NCBI GenBank assembly: GCA_035516965.1
Contig: DATIZR010000064.1
Coordinates: 6,724 to 70,723, forward strand
DNA from: Nitrospirota bacterium
GTDB taxonomy: Bacteria > Nitrospirota > UBA9217
Direction of reading: 5' to 3'
Length of the DNA stretch: 64,000 nt
Part shown: positions 1 to 9,337 of the stretch, piece after piece
Layout of the letters: each line of letters starts with the position of its first letter
Numbering within the stretch: position 1 is the stretch's first letter
Notes under the pieces: generated by a model
The model's database searches: none
What the model was told of the DNA's origin: nothing
What the model saw: the letters and a program-made list of their open reading frames with translations, nothing else
Translations under genes and position numbers: made by a program

Positions 1-12
1 AGCGGGGCCGAA

Positions 13-3000
13 TTGTCACGGTCTGTGCTGAGAAGCGGCGTCTTTTCGTTCAGCGCGGACAGCAGGCGCATTGCCGCAACGCGGGACCTCCAGATCGACA
101 TTGTCCGGTCCGGAAGACATGTCGGAACGTTTCTGCTGAAAAAGGAGAACAATGGCGGGCTCTATTTGTCGGCTGTCGAACTCTCGGAAGATCTGGCCGG
201 TATGGACCTCACGCGGCTGACGTCGCCGGTGAAGGACAAGCCGGGGCTGCTCTGGAAGGCGGAGGATATCGTTTCCCGGATACTTTCCACCAAGAAGGAC
301 TGGGCTGCGTTCTCCGAAGATCTGGCCGTATTCGCGCGGGACCTTTCCTGGAGCGAACCAGCGGGTTTTGAAAGGGCCTTCGGCGTCCTGGTCCGGTTCA
401 TGCTCCTGGCCGCAGAACGCACGGCCGGCGCAGACAGAAGCAAGCCGGTATCCAATTATATCGACCTCCTGGACCTGCTGGGCTTGGACAAGGGGGCGTA
501 TGCGACACTCCAGCCCCTGGCCTTGGTCTGGGTGCAGGCCCTGTCACGGTCTTCACTCGACCTTGCCCCGCAGGCACGCCGCTCCGCTACGTCCCTGCGG
601 CGGCTCCTTGATCGATTTCCGGGCCTCGGTATACGGGAAGCGGCGCTCGTTCTGATCAGGTCCATCCAGGGGAGAATCGCCTCGGTCCCGTTCCTCGACA
701 GCAGGGCACTGGAACCGCTTGCCGGCCTCATCCCCGGCGAAGACGTTATGCTGCTGTCCCGCTTCGGGGAAGCGGGACGGAGGCGGATGGAACGTGAGCT
801 TGATGAAGCCGAACGGCTGCTCAAGGGGGATGATCTGGCCCGGGCGCTCGCGGTGCTCGTTGGCCTCGATTTCGATGTGCTGGATGACCGGAAGGCAGTC
901 GAGCTCCTGTTCGACATTGCGGAAAAGGACCTCACCCCCGCATCGGCCGGCCCGGTGTTGCAGGTCATCGCCGCCTACCTGGCTTCTGCTGCCCGGCTGT
1001 CCGGCGCCATGCTCGAATCGATCGGCTTTTCCCTGCCCCGGATCATGGACAGGATGCTCGGCCTGGGCCTGGCCGGCGAATGCATCATTCTTGTGCGCGG
1101 GATCAGTGAGAGCGGGTCAGGCGCCATGGAGCGGATCCTGCTGAACGGCCGCATCGCCCGACTGGTCCTGCAATCCGGCCAGGACCCGCTCATCGCCGCG
1201 TATGCCGACGCGGTGAAGCGCATTACCATTCCCGCAGCCCGCGTGCAGGGGCTCTCACCGGACTCGTGGGCCGAGATCGTCGACCCCCGGCACCTCGATC
1301 TCCTGATGAAATTCATGGACCTTCTTGGCTCGGGGACCGGAGCGCTGGAGGGGGTCCTGATCCACGTGATCGCGAACCTGTCGGTTGGCGGCGTCCTGAT
1401 CCCCGATGACCGGCTGTTCCAGCGCCAGGTATCGGCCTTTCTAAACTCCCCGGCCATGGAGGGACCCTTTCTCCTGAACGAGCTGCTGCTCGCGCGGCTT
1501 CCCGTGTATTTCAATGATGTGGGCGCGGTGAGCAAGGTCCGGGACTATTCAACGGAGATCGACTCCCGGGGGAACGACCCGGTGATCTACTTTGTCCGGA
1601 AACAGGTCCACGTGAACGCCAGCAGCCAGAACGTGCGCCTGATCGAGGCCGTTTTGCGGTCCTGGGCCAAAAACGATCCTACGCTCCTGCAGACCATCGT
1701 GCCTCCTGACATCTACGCGCAAACAAGGCCAGGGCTCATTGCGGGGTACAGCCCGGTCATCAGAGGATTTTTCCGGGATTCCGGCGTGGAGGACGAAGGG
1801 GGGCTGCACCTGGAAAAACTCCTTGAGCTCACCGACGAAACGATCGACCGCCTTCTTCCCGAAGGAGACGACAGGGACGGCGAGGCCCGCAGGAAGGTAA
1901 AGCTCCTGAGCAAGCTGTACAAGGAGGTCTCGCGGAAGTACGCTTTGCTGGTCCGGGATACCGCGGTCGTTGATGTCAACGCCGGCCTGCAGGCTGTCGT
2001 CGAGGCGCTTCAGGAGTACAAAGGCATCATCCTGTCCCCGGAACGGACGGAGGCGCAGGAGTCGCTGTATTTCAAGAGGCATATCGCTTTCGGCATCCCC
2101 TCGGTGCTGGGAACCTACCACGAGCCGAAGTTCGATGCGCTTTGCGGCCTGATGCGCCGAGGAGAAGAGGTCCCCGTCCTGCTCGAGGCTATTCTGTCCC
2201 GGATGGAAGAAAAGGGAGCAACGGCGAACAGCGGCGACCTCCGGCAATGGCTCGCTGCTCTTGCCGCGGCATGGCAGGCCCTCCGGCAGTATGGCATGCG
2301 GAACATCCGGATCGACGAGTTCTCTGTCGTGCTGGAGCAGGACAGGCTTCATCCAACGCAGACTATAGACCTGCTGAAGCTGTGGCAAAAGGAGCTGGCG
2401 GGAATGGTGTCTTCGCTCAGCAGGATGTTCCATGGCCCCCTCATGGACGTCATCGAACGGCTTCCGAGGAACGACCTCCCTGAGCATCTCCTTGTTTTGG
2501 ATGTGTCTTCACCGGATTTTGCCGGCAAGGCGGCCGATGTGGTCATGCGGGACATCCTGAGCAGCATTCCCGGCCTCGTCGAGTCCGACCGGCTGCTCGC
2601 TTCGCTCATCTCGATTTTCCGCACGCTGCCTGATGGGATATTCGTTAGCCGGTATAGCGATGGGACCCTGCCGCGTGAGCCCGGTTTTTACGACATCCAT
2701 GCTCTGGGGATAGCGGACGCATGGAGGCTCGGTCCCGTTCTGGGCGCAAAGGCGAAGAACCTTGTGCTGCTCAAGGAAAAGGGGCTCCCCGTCCCTGCCG
2801 GCGTGGTCCTTCCCGCGGGGCAGACCCGGAGCGGACCTCCGGGCAGGGAGCAGGGCCCGGACGATCAGGTCCTGAGGGAGGGGGTGCGGGCAATTGAGGC
2901 ACAAACCGGCAGAGTGTTCGGCGGGATTGACAGGCCGCTGTTCCTTTCCGTGCGGAGCGGTTCGTACCTCTCGATGCCCGGCATACTGTCGTCCATTCTC

Positions 3001-4185
3001 TACTGTGGCATGAACGAGCGAACTGCCCATGCGTTCATCAACGAGACCGGCGACCCGGCGCTGGGCTGGGACTCCTACCGGAGGTTCATCGAGCATTACG
3101 GGACCGCGGTCCTGGGGCTGGATATCGAATTCTTCGAGCAGGCCGCAGGGGGCCCCGGACGCGGCTCGGGCGCCGACGTCCACCCGGACGCGGAGCACGC
3201 AAGATCGCTCGTAAGCCGCTATCAGGAACGGCTCCGCTCGCTCGGCCTTCAGGTGCCGGATGACGTCTACGAACAGCTGCGTTGCTGCGTGCATGCCGTG
3301 TATGCCTCTTGGCAGAGCGACCGGGCTCGCCAGTTCCGGGCCGCCACGGGGACGTCTGAGGAATGGGGCACCTCGGTCACGCTGATGGAAATGATCCCCG
3401 GCAACCAGGAGGGTTCCGGCGCCTCGGTGTTCTTCACCAGGGACCCCTCCACGCACGAGGAGGCGATCTTCGGAGAGGTCCGGGAGAATGCCAGCGGCGA
3501 CGACCTTGCGTCGGGAAGGAAATCCGGCGTCCCCCTGTCGCGCAGGCAGGCAGCGGCCGGGCAAAAAAACCTCGAAGACCTCGATCCCGGGCTCTTCCGG
3601 CTGCACCAGGAGCTCGCGCGAACGATCGAAGCCGCCTTTGACGGGCTGCCCCAGGAAGTGGAGGTGACCTATACGCGGGGCAGGGACAAGGCCCCCATGC
3701 TGTACGTGCTCCAGTCCAGGAGCATGGAAGAGGGGGATGGGGCCGACGCCGCGTTCCCGGCGGGCTGCGGCATGGAATCCCGCGTGATCGGCCGCGGCAT
3801 CGGCGTGAACGGAGGTGCGCTGAGCGGCGTGGCATCCTTCGCCCCCTCGGTTGACCAGGCCGCAAGGCTGGCTCACGAGTCGGGCCTGCCCGTGATCCTC
3901 ATCCGCAGAACCGCGGACACCAAAGATGTCTCGCTGATGCCGGTCATCAGGGGGATCATTACGGCAGCCGGAGGGGTCACGTCCCATGCGTCGGTCCTGG
4001 CGCTCAAATTCGGGCTTACCGCGGTCGTTTCGTGCGCTGACCTCACGGTGGATGTCGATGAAGCTGGCCGGCCCTTTGCCATGATCGGGACCACCCGCAT
4101 CCGGGAAGGAAGCCCTTTAAGCCTTGACGGCAAGAAAGGCCTGGTCTTCTCCGGGACCTGCCGGCCGGCAAAGGAACGGTCCTGA
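13..4185 (+). CDS. Large multidomain protein, 5'-partial (continues upstream of the window). About 900 aa of unknown N-terminal region, then a PEP/pyruvate-binding ATP-grasp-like domain (PPDK_N-like) and a PEP-utilising swivelling phosphohistidine domain. No C-terminal TIM-barrel domain.
   Basis: ORF 13..4185 (1390 aa) has no start codon in the window. The C-terminal motif GGVTSHASVLALKFGLTAVVSCADL matches the PEP-utilising mobile-domain His motif. The upstream segment 'LGAKAKNLVLLKEKGLPVPAGVVLP' resembles the PPDK/PEP-synthase nucleotide-binding domain start. Only about 50 aa follow the His domain. Confidence 0.6.
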   Translation: MSRSVLRSGVFSFSADSRRIAATRDLQIDIVRSGRHVGTFLLKKENNGGLYLSAVELSEDLAGMDLTRLTSPVKDKPGLLWKAEDIVSRILSTKKDWAAFSEDLAVFARDLSWSEPAGFERAFGVLVRFMLLAAERTAGADRSKPVSNYIDLLDLLGLDKGAYATLQPLALVWVQALSRSSLDLAPQARRSATSLRRLLDRFPGLGIREAALVLIRSIQGRIASVPFLDSRALEPLAGLIPGEDVMLLSRFGEAGRRRMERELDEAERLLKGDDLARALAVLVGLDFDVLDDRKAVELLFDIAEKDLTPASAGPVLQVIAAYLASAARLSGAMLESIGFSLPRIMDRMLGLGLAGECIILVRGISESGSGAMERILLNGRIARLVLQSGQDPLIAAYADAVKRITIPAARVQGLSPDSWAEIVDPRHLDLLMKFMDLLGSGTGALEGVLIHVIANLSVGGVLIPDDRLFQRQVSAFLNSPAMEGPFLLNELLLARLPVYFNDVGAVSKVRDYSTEIDSRGNDPVIYFVRKQVHVNASSQNVRLIEAVLRSWAKNDPTLLQTIVPPDIYAQTRPGLIAGYSPVIRGFFRDSGVEDEGGLHLEKLLELTDETIDRLLPEGDDRDGEARRKVKLLSKLYKEVSRKYALLVRDTAVVDVNAGLQAVVEALQEYKGIILSPERTEAQESLYFKRHIAFGIPSVLGTYHEPKFDALCGLMRRGEEVPVLLEAILSRMEEKGATANSGDLRQWLAALAAAWQALRQYGMRNIRIDEFSVVLEQDRLHPTQTIDLLKLWQKELAGMVSSLSRMFHGPLMDVIERLPRNDLPEHLLVLDVSSPDFAGKAADVVMRDILSSIPGLVESDRLLASLISIFRTLPDGIFVSRYSDGTLPREPGFYDIHALGIADAWRLGPVLGAKAKNLVLLKEKGLPVPAGVVLPAGQTRSGPPGREQGPDDQVLREGVRAIEAQTGRVFGGIDRPLFLSVRSGSYLSMPGILSSILYCGMNERTAHAFINETGDPALGWDSYRRFIEHYGTAVLGLDIEFFEQAAGGPGRGSGADVHPDAEHARSLVSRYQERLRSLGLQVPDDVYEQLRCCVHAVYASWQSDRARQFRAATGTSEEWGTSVTLMEMIPGNQEGSGASVFFTRDPSTHEEAIFGEVRENASGDDLASGRKSGVPLSRRQAAAGQKNLEDLDPGLFRLHQELARTIEAAFDGLPQEVEVTYTRGRDKAPMLYVLQSRSMEEGDGADAAFPAGCGMESRVIGRGIGVNGGALSGVASFAPSVDQAARLAHESGLPVILIRRTADTKDVSLMPVIRGIITAAGGVTSHASVLALKFGLTAVVSCADLTVDVDEAGRPFAMIGTTRIREGSPLSLDGKKGLVFSGTCRPAKERS

Positions 4186-4440
4186 TCAACGCCCACCGAG
4201 GATCCCGCGCGGAGAAATAATCTCTCTTGCTATACTAGAGACAGAGACGTCATATGTGGTTTACCCTTGCCCAGACGACAAGGTATCAGCCATGACGCAC
4301 TTCAGGGGGCAGTGTAATAATTTTTCGTGAAAAAATAGCATGAAACATGAAACGACTGGGGTCACAGAGGTATCCTCTGTCTACTCCAGAAGAGTTTCGA
4401 TTTAAGGACGCTACGGGACGGATAATATCATGAGGGCGCA

Positions 4441-4520
4441 GAGGGAGAGGGTAGATGTTTTCTCGCACCCGACTATTATTTCAGTATTTTCCCGGTGTTC
4501 TCGGTGGTCGGCTTTAACTA
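4441..4520 (+). promoter_or_regulatory. Conserved approximately 80-nt leader element, copy 1. It contains an SD-like GAGGGAGAGG and a 20-codon uORF (4455..4517, MFSRTRLLFQYFPGVLGGRL) immediately upstream of gap.
   Basis: About 85% nucleotide identity to 34631..34710 by manual alignment. ATG at 4455 preceded by gagggagagggtag. In-frame stop TAA at 4515-4517. The gap start codon is 32 nt downstream. Confidence 0.5.
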
Positions 4521-4548
4521 TAGGCCTCGCGGAGAAAGGACGCAATTC

Positions 4549-5565
4549 ATGAAAACCATAGCCATTAACGGCCTGGGTCGCATAGGGATGCTGGCTCTTC
4601 GCCTCTATGTGGAGCGGCCGCCAAAGAACGTGGCGCTGGTGGCAGCCAACAGCCCGGCGCCGATCGAAGACCTTGCCTATCTGATCAAGTATGACTCCGT
4701 CCACGGCCGGGCGCCCTTTGAGATCAGGACGGGACCGGATTATCTGGACATCGGGCCCCACCGCATAGCCGTTTCCCACGAAACAGACCCGGAAAAGCTG
4801 GCCTGGCGCAGGCAGGGCATCGATATCGTCCTGGAATGCTCGGGACTCTTCCGGAAGCGGGAGGAGGCCGAAAAACACCTGCGGGCCGGCGCTGGAAAGG
4901 TCATCATAAGCGCCGACGCCAAGAACGAGGACCTGACAATCGTCCTCGGGGTGAACGAGCGATCCTACGATCCCGCGAAGCACCACATCATCTCCAATGC
5001 TTCCTGCACCACGAACTGCCTGGCCACCACGGCCAAGGTGCTCCTGGACGCCTTCGGCATCGACTATCTCATGGCCACGACCGTGCATGCTTACACCTCG
5101 AGCCAGGCGATCATCGACCGTTCGGCCCCCGGCCACCGGCGGCGGGGAAGGGCGGCCGGCGTCTCCCTGATCCCGTCCAGCACCGGCGCAGCAGCGGCAA
5201 CGCAACTCGTGCTGCCGCAGCTCAGGGGCAGGATGGAGGCGATCGCGGTGCGAGTGCCGGTCGCGAACGGGTCGCTCACGGACATCGTGGCCCATCTCGG
5301 AAGGGACGCTACCCGCGAGGAGGTGAATGCGGCGTTCAAGGCCGCGGCAGGCGGGCCTATGGCAGGCATCCTGGATTACAGCGAGGACGAGCTGGTTTCC
5401 GCCGACATCGTCGGAGACGAGCACTCCGCGATCGTGGACGCAAAGTCAACGCGGGTCCTGAGGGACCGCGTCGTCAAGGTGCTTGCCTGGTATGACAATG
5501 AATACGGCTATGCACGGCGCCTCCTGGACCTTGCGGGCCATATCGCCGGACAGGGGCCGAACTGA
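4549..5565 (+). CDS. gap: Type I glyceraldehyde-3-phosphate dehydrogenase
   Basis: N-terminal MKTIAINGLGRIG Rossmann motif and active-site SNASCTTNCLA. ATG at 4549 with RBS ggagaaagga 8 nt upstream. The ORF track's longer start at 4495 is not supported by an RBS. Confidence 0.9.
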   Translation: MKTIAINGLGRIGMLALRLYVERPPKNVALVAANSPAPIEDLAYLIKYDSVHGRAPFEIRTGPDYLDIGPHRIAVSHETDPEKLAWRRQGIDIVLECSGLFRKREEAEKHLRAGAGKVIISADAKNEDLTIVLGVNERSYDPAKHHIISNASCTTNCLATTAKVLLDAFGIDYLMATTVHAYTSSQAIIDRSAPGHRRRGRAAGVSLIPSSTGAAAATQLVLPQLRGRMEAIAVRVPVANGSLTDIVAHLGRDATREEVNAAFKAAAGGPMAGILDYSEDELVSADIVGDEHSAIVDAKSTRVLRDRVVKVLAWYDNEYGYARRLLDLAGHIAGQGPN

Positions 5566-5698
5566 CCTGGCCCCCCGGCACAGGGCGGATTGCCGCGCAC
5601 TCTGGTAAAACTCGTCGATCCTGACAAACAAAAGCCCGCTCTGCTGAGAGCGGGCTTTCTGATTCACCTCATTTTGGGGCTGAGCGAAGGCCCTCGGC

Positions 5699-7180
5699 CT
5701 ACCCCTTCGCCACACGAACGAGGGTGTTGTTCTCGTTCATGCCGTCGATGATGGCGCCGAGGCCGGCCATGTTCTGGAGGTAGTCTATAGCGTCCTGGGA
5801 TATCACCTCCCCGGGGACGAGGAGCGGGATGCCGGGAGGGTACACGGTCACGATCTCGGTCGAGACCCGGCCCGCGGAGTCGTTCACGCTCACCAGTTCG
5901 CTGTCGGAGTAGAAGGCGTCGCGTGGCGTCATGGCGAATTTGTTGTTCAGGACAGGAGGATGGACCCTGTCGAGCGGCAAGAGCGCGCCCTGGAGACCGG
6001 TCTCCGCAGAGATCACCCGGAGCGCCTCCACGAGCCGGTTCAGGTCGTCCTGCCGGTCGCCGATCGAAACGATCACGAGCACGTGGAAGGGATCCGCCAT
6101 CTCGACCTGGATGCCGAAACGGGTGTTCAGCATCTGGGAGACGTGGTAGCCTGAGAGCCCCATGTCGGACACGGTGATGGTGAGTTTCGTAACGTCCATG
6201 TCCGCCATGCCCGCCTGCCTGGCCCGGTCCTTGCCAAAGCAGGTGATGCCCGGGATCTTGTCGATCGACGCTCTCGCATCCTCGGCAAGCTTGATGGTGC
6301 GGTTCAGGAGCTTCTTCCCTTCCGTAGCCATCTGCATCCGGGCAAGGTCGAGGGACGCCATCAGGATGTAGGACGGGCTGGTGGTCTGGAGCAGCTTCAG
6401 CGTGTTCGTCACATCGTCGATATTGATGCGCTCTGCCTTTGCATGCAGCATGGACGCCTGGGTCATGCCGCCTACGATCTTGTGGGTGGACTGCACGCAG
6501 AGGTCGGCCCCGACCTCGAGGGCGCACTTCGGGAGCTTGGGGTTGAACTTGAGGTGCGGGCCGTGTGCCTCGTCCACGAAGACCAGCAGGCCCTTCTCCC
6601 GGGCATAGGGGATGATGTTCTCAATGTCCGCGCACAGGCCGTAGTAGTTCGGGCTTGTGATCAAAAGGGCGCGGGCGCCCGGATTTGCGTCAATGGCCTG
6701 CTTCGCGGTCTCGAACTTGACGTTCAGGGTGAGTTTCAGGTCCCGGTCAAAGGAGGGTTGGAAGAATATCGGCTGGGCGCCGCTCATGATGAGCCCGGTC
6801 AGGACCGAGCGATGGCAGTTGCGCGCGATCAGGACCTTGTCGCCGGGACCGGTCGTGGACGCCACCATGGCGTGGTTCCCCACGGTGGTGCCGTTCACGA
6901 GGAAATAGGAGCGGTCCGCGCCGGCGGCCTTGGCAGCAAGCTCCTGGGCTTCCTTGATGACGCCGGTGGGGTTCTGGAGCGAATCGACCTCATCCAGTGT
7001 CGTGAGATCGATCGAAAAGATGCGGGGCCCCACGAACTTGCGGAACCGCGTGGATATGCCCTTGCCGCTCTTGTGTCCGGGGGTATGGAAGGAGACCTTG
7101 CGGCTTTCCGCGAGGTTCACCATCGCGTCGAACAGGGGGGTGCGGAACTGCTCGTCCTCTATCCGGTTGGGGGCGGTCAT
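5699..7180 (-). CDS. Orn/Lys/Arg decarboxylase family protein (PLP-dependent, SpeA-like arginine decarboxylase of the Bacillus type)
   Basis: 493-aa ORF with an N-terminal region typical of the Orn/Lys/Arg decarboxylase major-domain family (…FHTPGHKSGKG…, …STHKIVGGMTQASMLH…). Context: adjacent to speE/speH. Confidence 0.8.
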   Translation of the reverse strand: MTAPNRIEDEQFRTPLFDAMVNLAESRKVSFHTPGHKSGKGISTRFRKFVGPRIFSIDLTTLDEVDSLQNPTGVIKEAQELAAKAAGADRSYFLVNGTTVGNHAMVASTTGPGDKVLIARNCHRSVLTGLIMSGAQPIFFQPSFDRDLKLTLNVKFETAKQAIDANPGARALLITSPNYYGLCADIENIIPYAREKGLLVFVDEAHGPHLKFNPKLPKCALEVGADLCVQSTHKIVGGMTQASMLHAKAERINIDDVTNTLKLLQTTSPSYILMASLDLARMQMATEGKKLLNRTIKLAEDARASIDKIPGITCFGKDRARQAGMADMDVTKLTITVSDMGLSGYHVSQMLNTRFGIQVEMADPFHVLVIVSIGDRQDDLNRLVEALRVISAETGLQGALLPLDRVHPPVLNNKFAMTPRDAFYSDSELVSVNDSAGRVSTEIVTVYPPGIPLLVPGEVISQDAIDYLQNMAGLGAIIDGMNENNTLVRVAKG

Positions 7181-7315
7181 GCTGTTATGATATCATTTCC
7201 GCGTCCGGAAGGGACAACAAATGCCAGGCGCTCGGATCTCAGAGTATGAGGCGTACCTTGAGGGACACCGCAAGAAAAGGGGTAGAACGCGGCAGAGGGA
7301 CTTTTGCCGAAGCCG

Positions 7316-8236
7316 CTAGTGGTAGGTGAAGAGCGGTGCATTATCTTCGATGATCTTGGTCTCTTCGGCCATGGCCTTCCGGATGTGCTTGGGGAGCATG
7401 TACATGCCCTGGTTGGTGATGCCGTCGTAGTAGCGGTTCTCGCCCTTGATCCGCTTCCTGATCATCTCGTCAAGATGCTTGGGGTCGAACTTCCGGGGAT
7501 CGAGGTTCTTCGAGGCGAGGGTAAAGCCCCAGGGGAGTCCGAAGGATGGTATGCACACGTTATAGGGTGCGACCACGGGAAAGACCGCGTTCAGCGTCTT
7601 GTCCACCGCGGTGAAGTTGAGCAACTGGTGCAGGGCCGTGGTGCCGGCCTGGAGGGCGATGGTCCCGTCCGGGGAAAGCCGCTCCTTCACGATCTCGTAG
7701 AACTCGCGCGTGAACAGGAGGTAGGCCGGGCCTTCCTCAACGGGCTCGGAAATGTCGATGATAATGGCGTCGTAGCTGTCGGTGGTCTCTTCCAGGTACT
7801 TGCGGGCGTCCATGAACCGGAGGTCGGTCCTGGGGTCGTCAAAGGCGCCCTGGTGCCACTCGGGAAGCAGCTCCTTTGACTTTTCGACCACTTCCTGGTC
7901 GATGTCCACCATCATGCAGTACTCGACGCTCTTGTGGCGCAGGACCTCGCGCAGCGTCGCGCCTTCACCGCCGCCCACGATGAACACCCGCTTCGGGTTC
8001 GGATGGGTCAGGAGCGCAGGATGGACCAGTGCCTCATGGTAAATGAACTCGTCGGTGAGGGACGACTGCATCTTGCCGTCCAGGACGAGGCACCGGCCAT
8101 AGCTCCCGCTTTCCATGATCTCCATTGTCTGGTACTTGGTATGGCTGGCGTAATGAATGGTACGGATCCCGTGGATATGACCCTCCTGGGGACTCGTATA
8201 TTCGATGAACCACTTGAAATTCTTGGGTTCTATCAT
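7316..8236 (-). CDS. speE: Polyamine aminopropyltransferase (spermidine synthase)
   Basis: Motifs GGGEGATLREVLRH and MVDIDQEVV (the SpeE SAM-binding fold). Start chosen at MIEPKNFKWFIEY (ATG at 8236), whose ATGA overlaps the speH stop. The longer ORF-track start would overlap speH. Confidence 0.85.
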   Translation of the reverse strand: MIEPKNFKWFIEYTSPQEGHIHGIRTIHYASHTKYQTMEIMESGSYGRCLVLDGKMQSSLTDEFIYHEALVHPALLTHPNPKRVFIVGGGEGATLREVLRHKSVEYCMMVDIDQEVVEKSKELLPEWHQGAFDDPRTDLRFMDARKYLEETTDSYDAIIIDISEPVEEGPAYLLFTREFYEIVKERLSPDGTIALQAGTTALHQLLNFTAVDKTLNAVFPVVAPYNVCIPSFGLPWGFTLASKNLDPRKFDPKHLDEMIRKRIKGENRYYDGITNQGMYMLPKHIRKAMAEETKIIEDNAPLFTYH

Positions 8237-8633
8237 GCTAAGACCGGTTCTCCCTGGGCAAGCGGCTTGTGCGGCAGCTTCTCGGCGCCGAGGATGCCCC
8301 GCTTCATCTCGATGATAGACGGGTTCTTGCACTCAAACTTTTCGATCAGGAATTTTGCGGCAACCCGAGGATCGATCAGGTCCCCGCAGGTGAAAACATC
8401 GACTGCGGCATAGCCGTATTCCGGCCATGTATGGATGGCAAGGTGGGATTCGGCGATGACCACCATCCCGCTGATGCCAAAGGGGCTGAATTCGTGGAAG
8501 GCGACCTCAACAATAGTCGCCTTTGCCTCCAGGGCGGCATTTTTTAGTGTGTCCTGTACAAACTGTAAGCTGCCTAGGGTCTTGGGGTTGCAATCCCTCA
8601 ACTCCAACAACAGGTGAGTCCCCAACGCGTGCA
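8233..8633 (-). CDS. speH: S-adenosylmethionine decarboxylase proenzyme (SpeH/SpeD, small bacterial/archaeal type)
   Basis: Motifs HLAIHTWPEYGYAAVDVFTCG and the ESH (proenzyme self-cleavage) site. The proposed start is TTG at 8633, preceded by AAGGAGG 8 nt upstream (…LHALGTHLLLELRDC aligns to the SpeH N-terminus). Its stop overlaps the speE start. Confidence 0.8.
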
Positions 8634-9337
8634 ACCTGTTTGCCTCCTTCTCCGCCCGCAGATCCTGCTTCCCGGCTTGCCGGGACCCCGCGAGCACCGC
8701 CTTCCGTTCCCACGGAAGGGTTGGTGTTCAAGTCCAAATCCGCCGCGACTTCCGACGGCGCGATCACACACTGAATTTAATGTGTCATTTATCAAAATTG
8801 ATTCTCTTTGTCAAGAAAAAATCTCCTCGAGCTGCATTTTTTTCTCGCGGGAGCATCACTCGCGTCTGACACCACAAGACGAGCGCGATTTTCCGCTCAC
8901 GGGGGCGGACGAGGGAGCGAACTTTTCCGGGCGGGACGCCGTCTGCTGCTCTCCGGAGAGGCTCTCGTCAACGCCAACGCTCCGGCAACTCCCCGATCGA
9001 GCCTTGATCTGCCGTCTCCGGGCATCGCGCAGGTGCGCGTCTGTGCGGGAACGCTCATCAGCGCCGTCCAGAGCGGCGTTTGGCGTCCAAGGAAAGGGAC
9101 GCTGGAGCGATCGGAGAGTTCGAGAAGAAAGCCCGCGGAGAGCACCTTCTCCGGGACTTTCCCGAGCCGAGAAAAAATGCTTTACATCCGGAGCCGATAG
9201 TTTTAATATTGGGCTCTGATTTTGAAGGGTTGGACGCTCCAAACGCACCACAAGATGTAGGGCGGACCGGCCTTTTCGAGTTACCACTATATATAGAAGA
9301 GAGCTTCAGGCATTTCTGCCGACCGGAGGTATCGTCC

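Noticed and set aside
1549-3987. Long minus-strand ORFs (312 aa, 492 aa and others) overlapping the large plus-strand PPDK-like gene
   Set aside because: Arg/Pro/Gly-rich low-complexity translations with no motifs, as expected of antisense shadow ORFs in high-GC DNA. The same applies to 4411..5424(-), 5664..6527(-), 6443..7249(+), 11580..13679(-), 18987..19874(-), 19316..20173(+), 40201..41031(+), 41122..42234(+), 43448..44239(+) and 55084..56739(+).
4190-4450. Hairpin cacagagg-tat-cctctgt in the 360-nt leader upstream of gap, as a possible terminator or sRNA
   Set aside because: No U-tract follows and there is no supporting conservation, so this cannot be separated from chance secondary structure.
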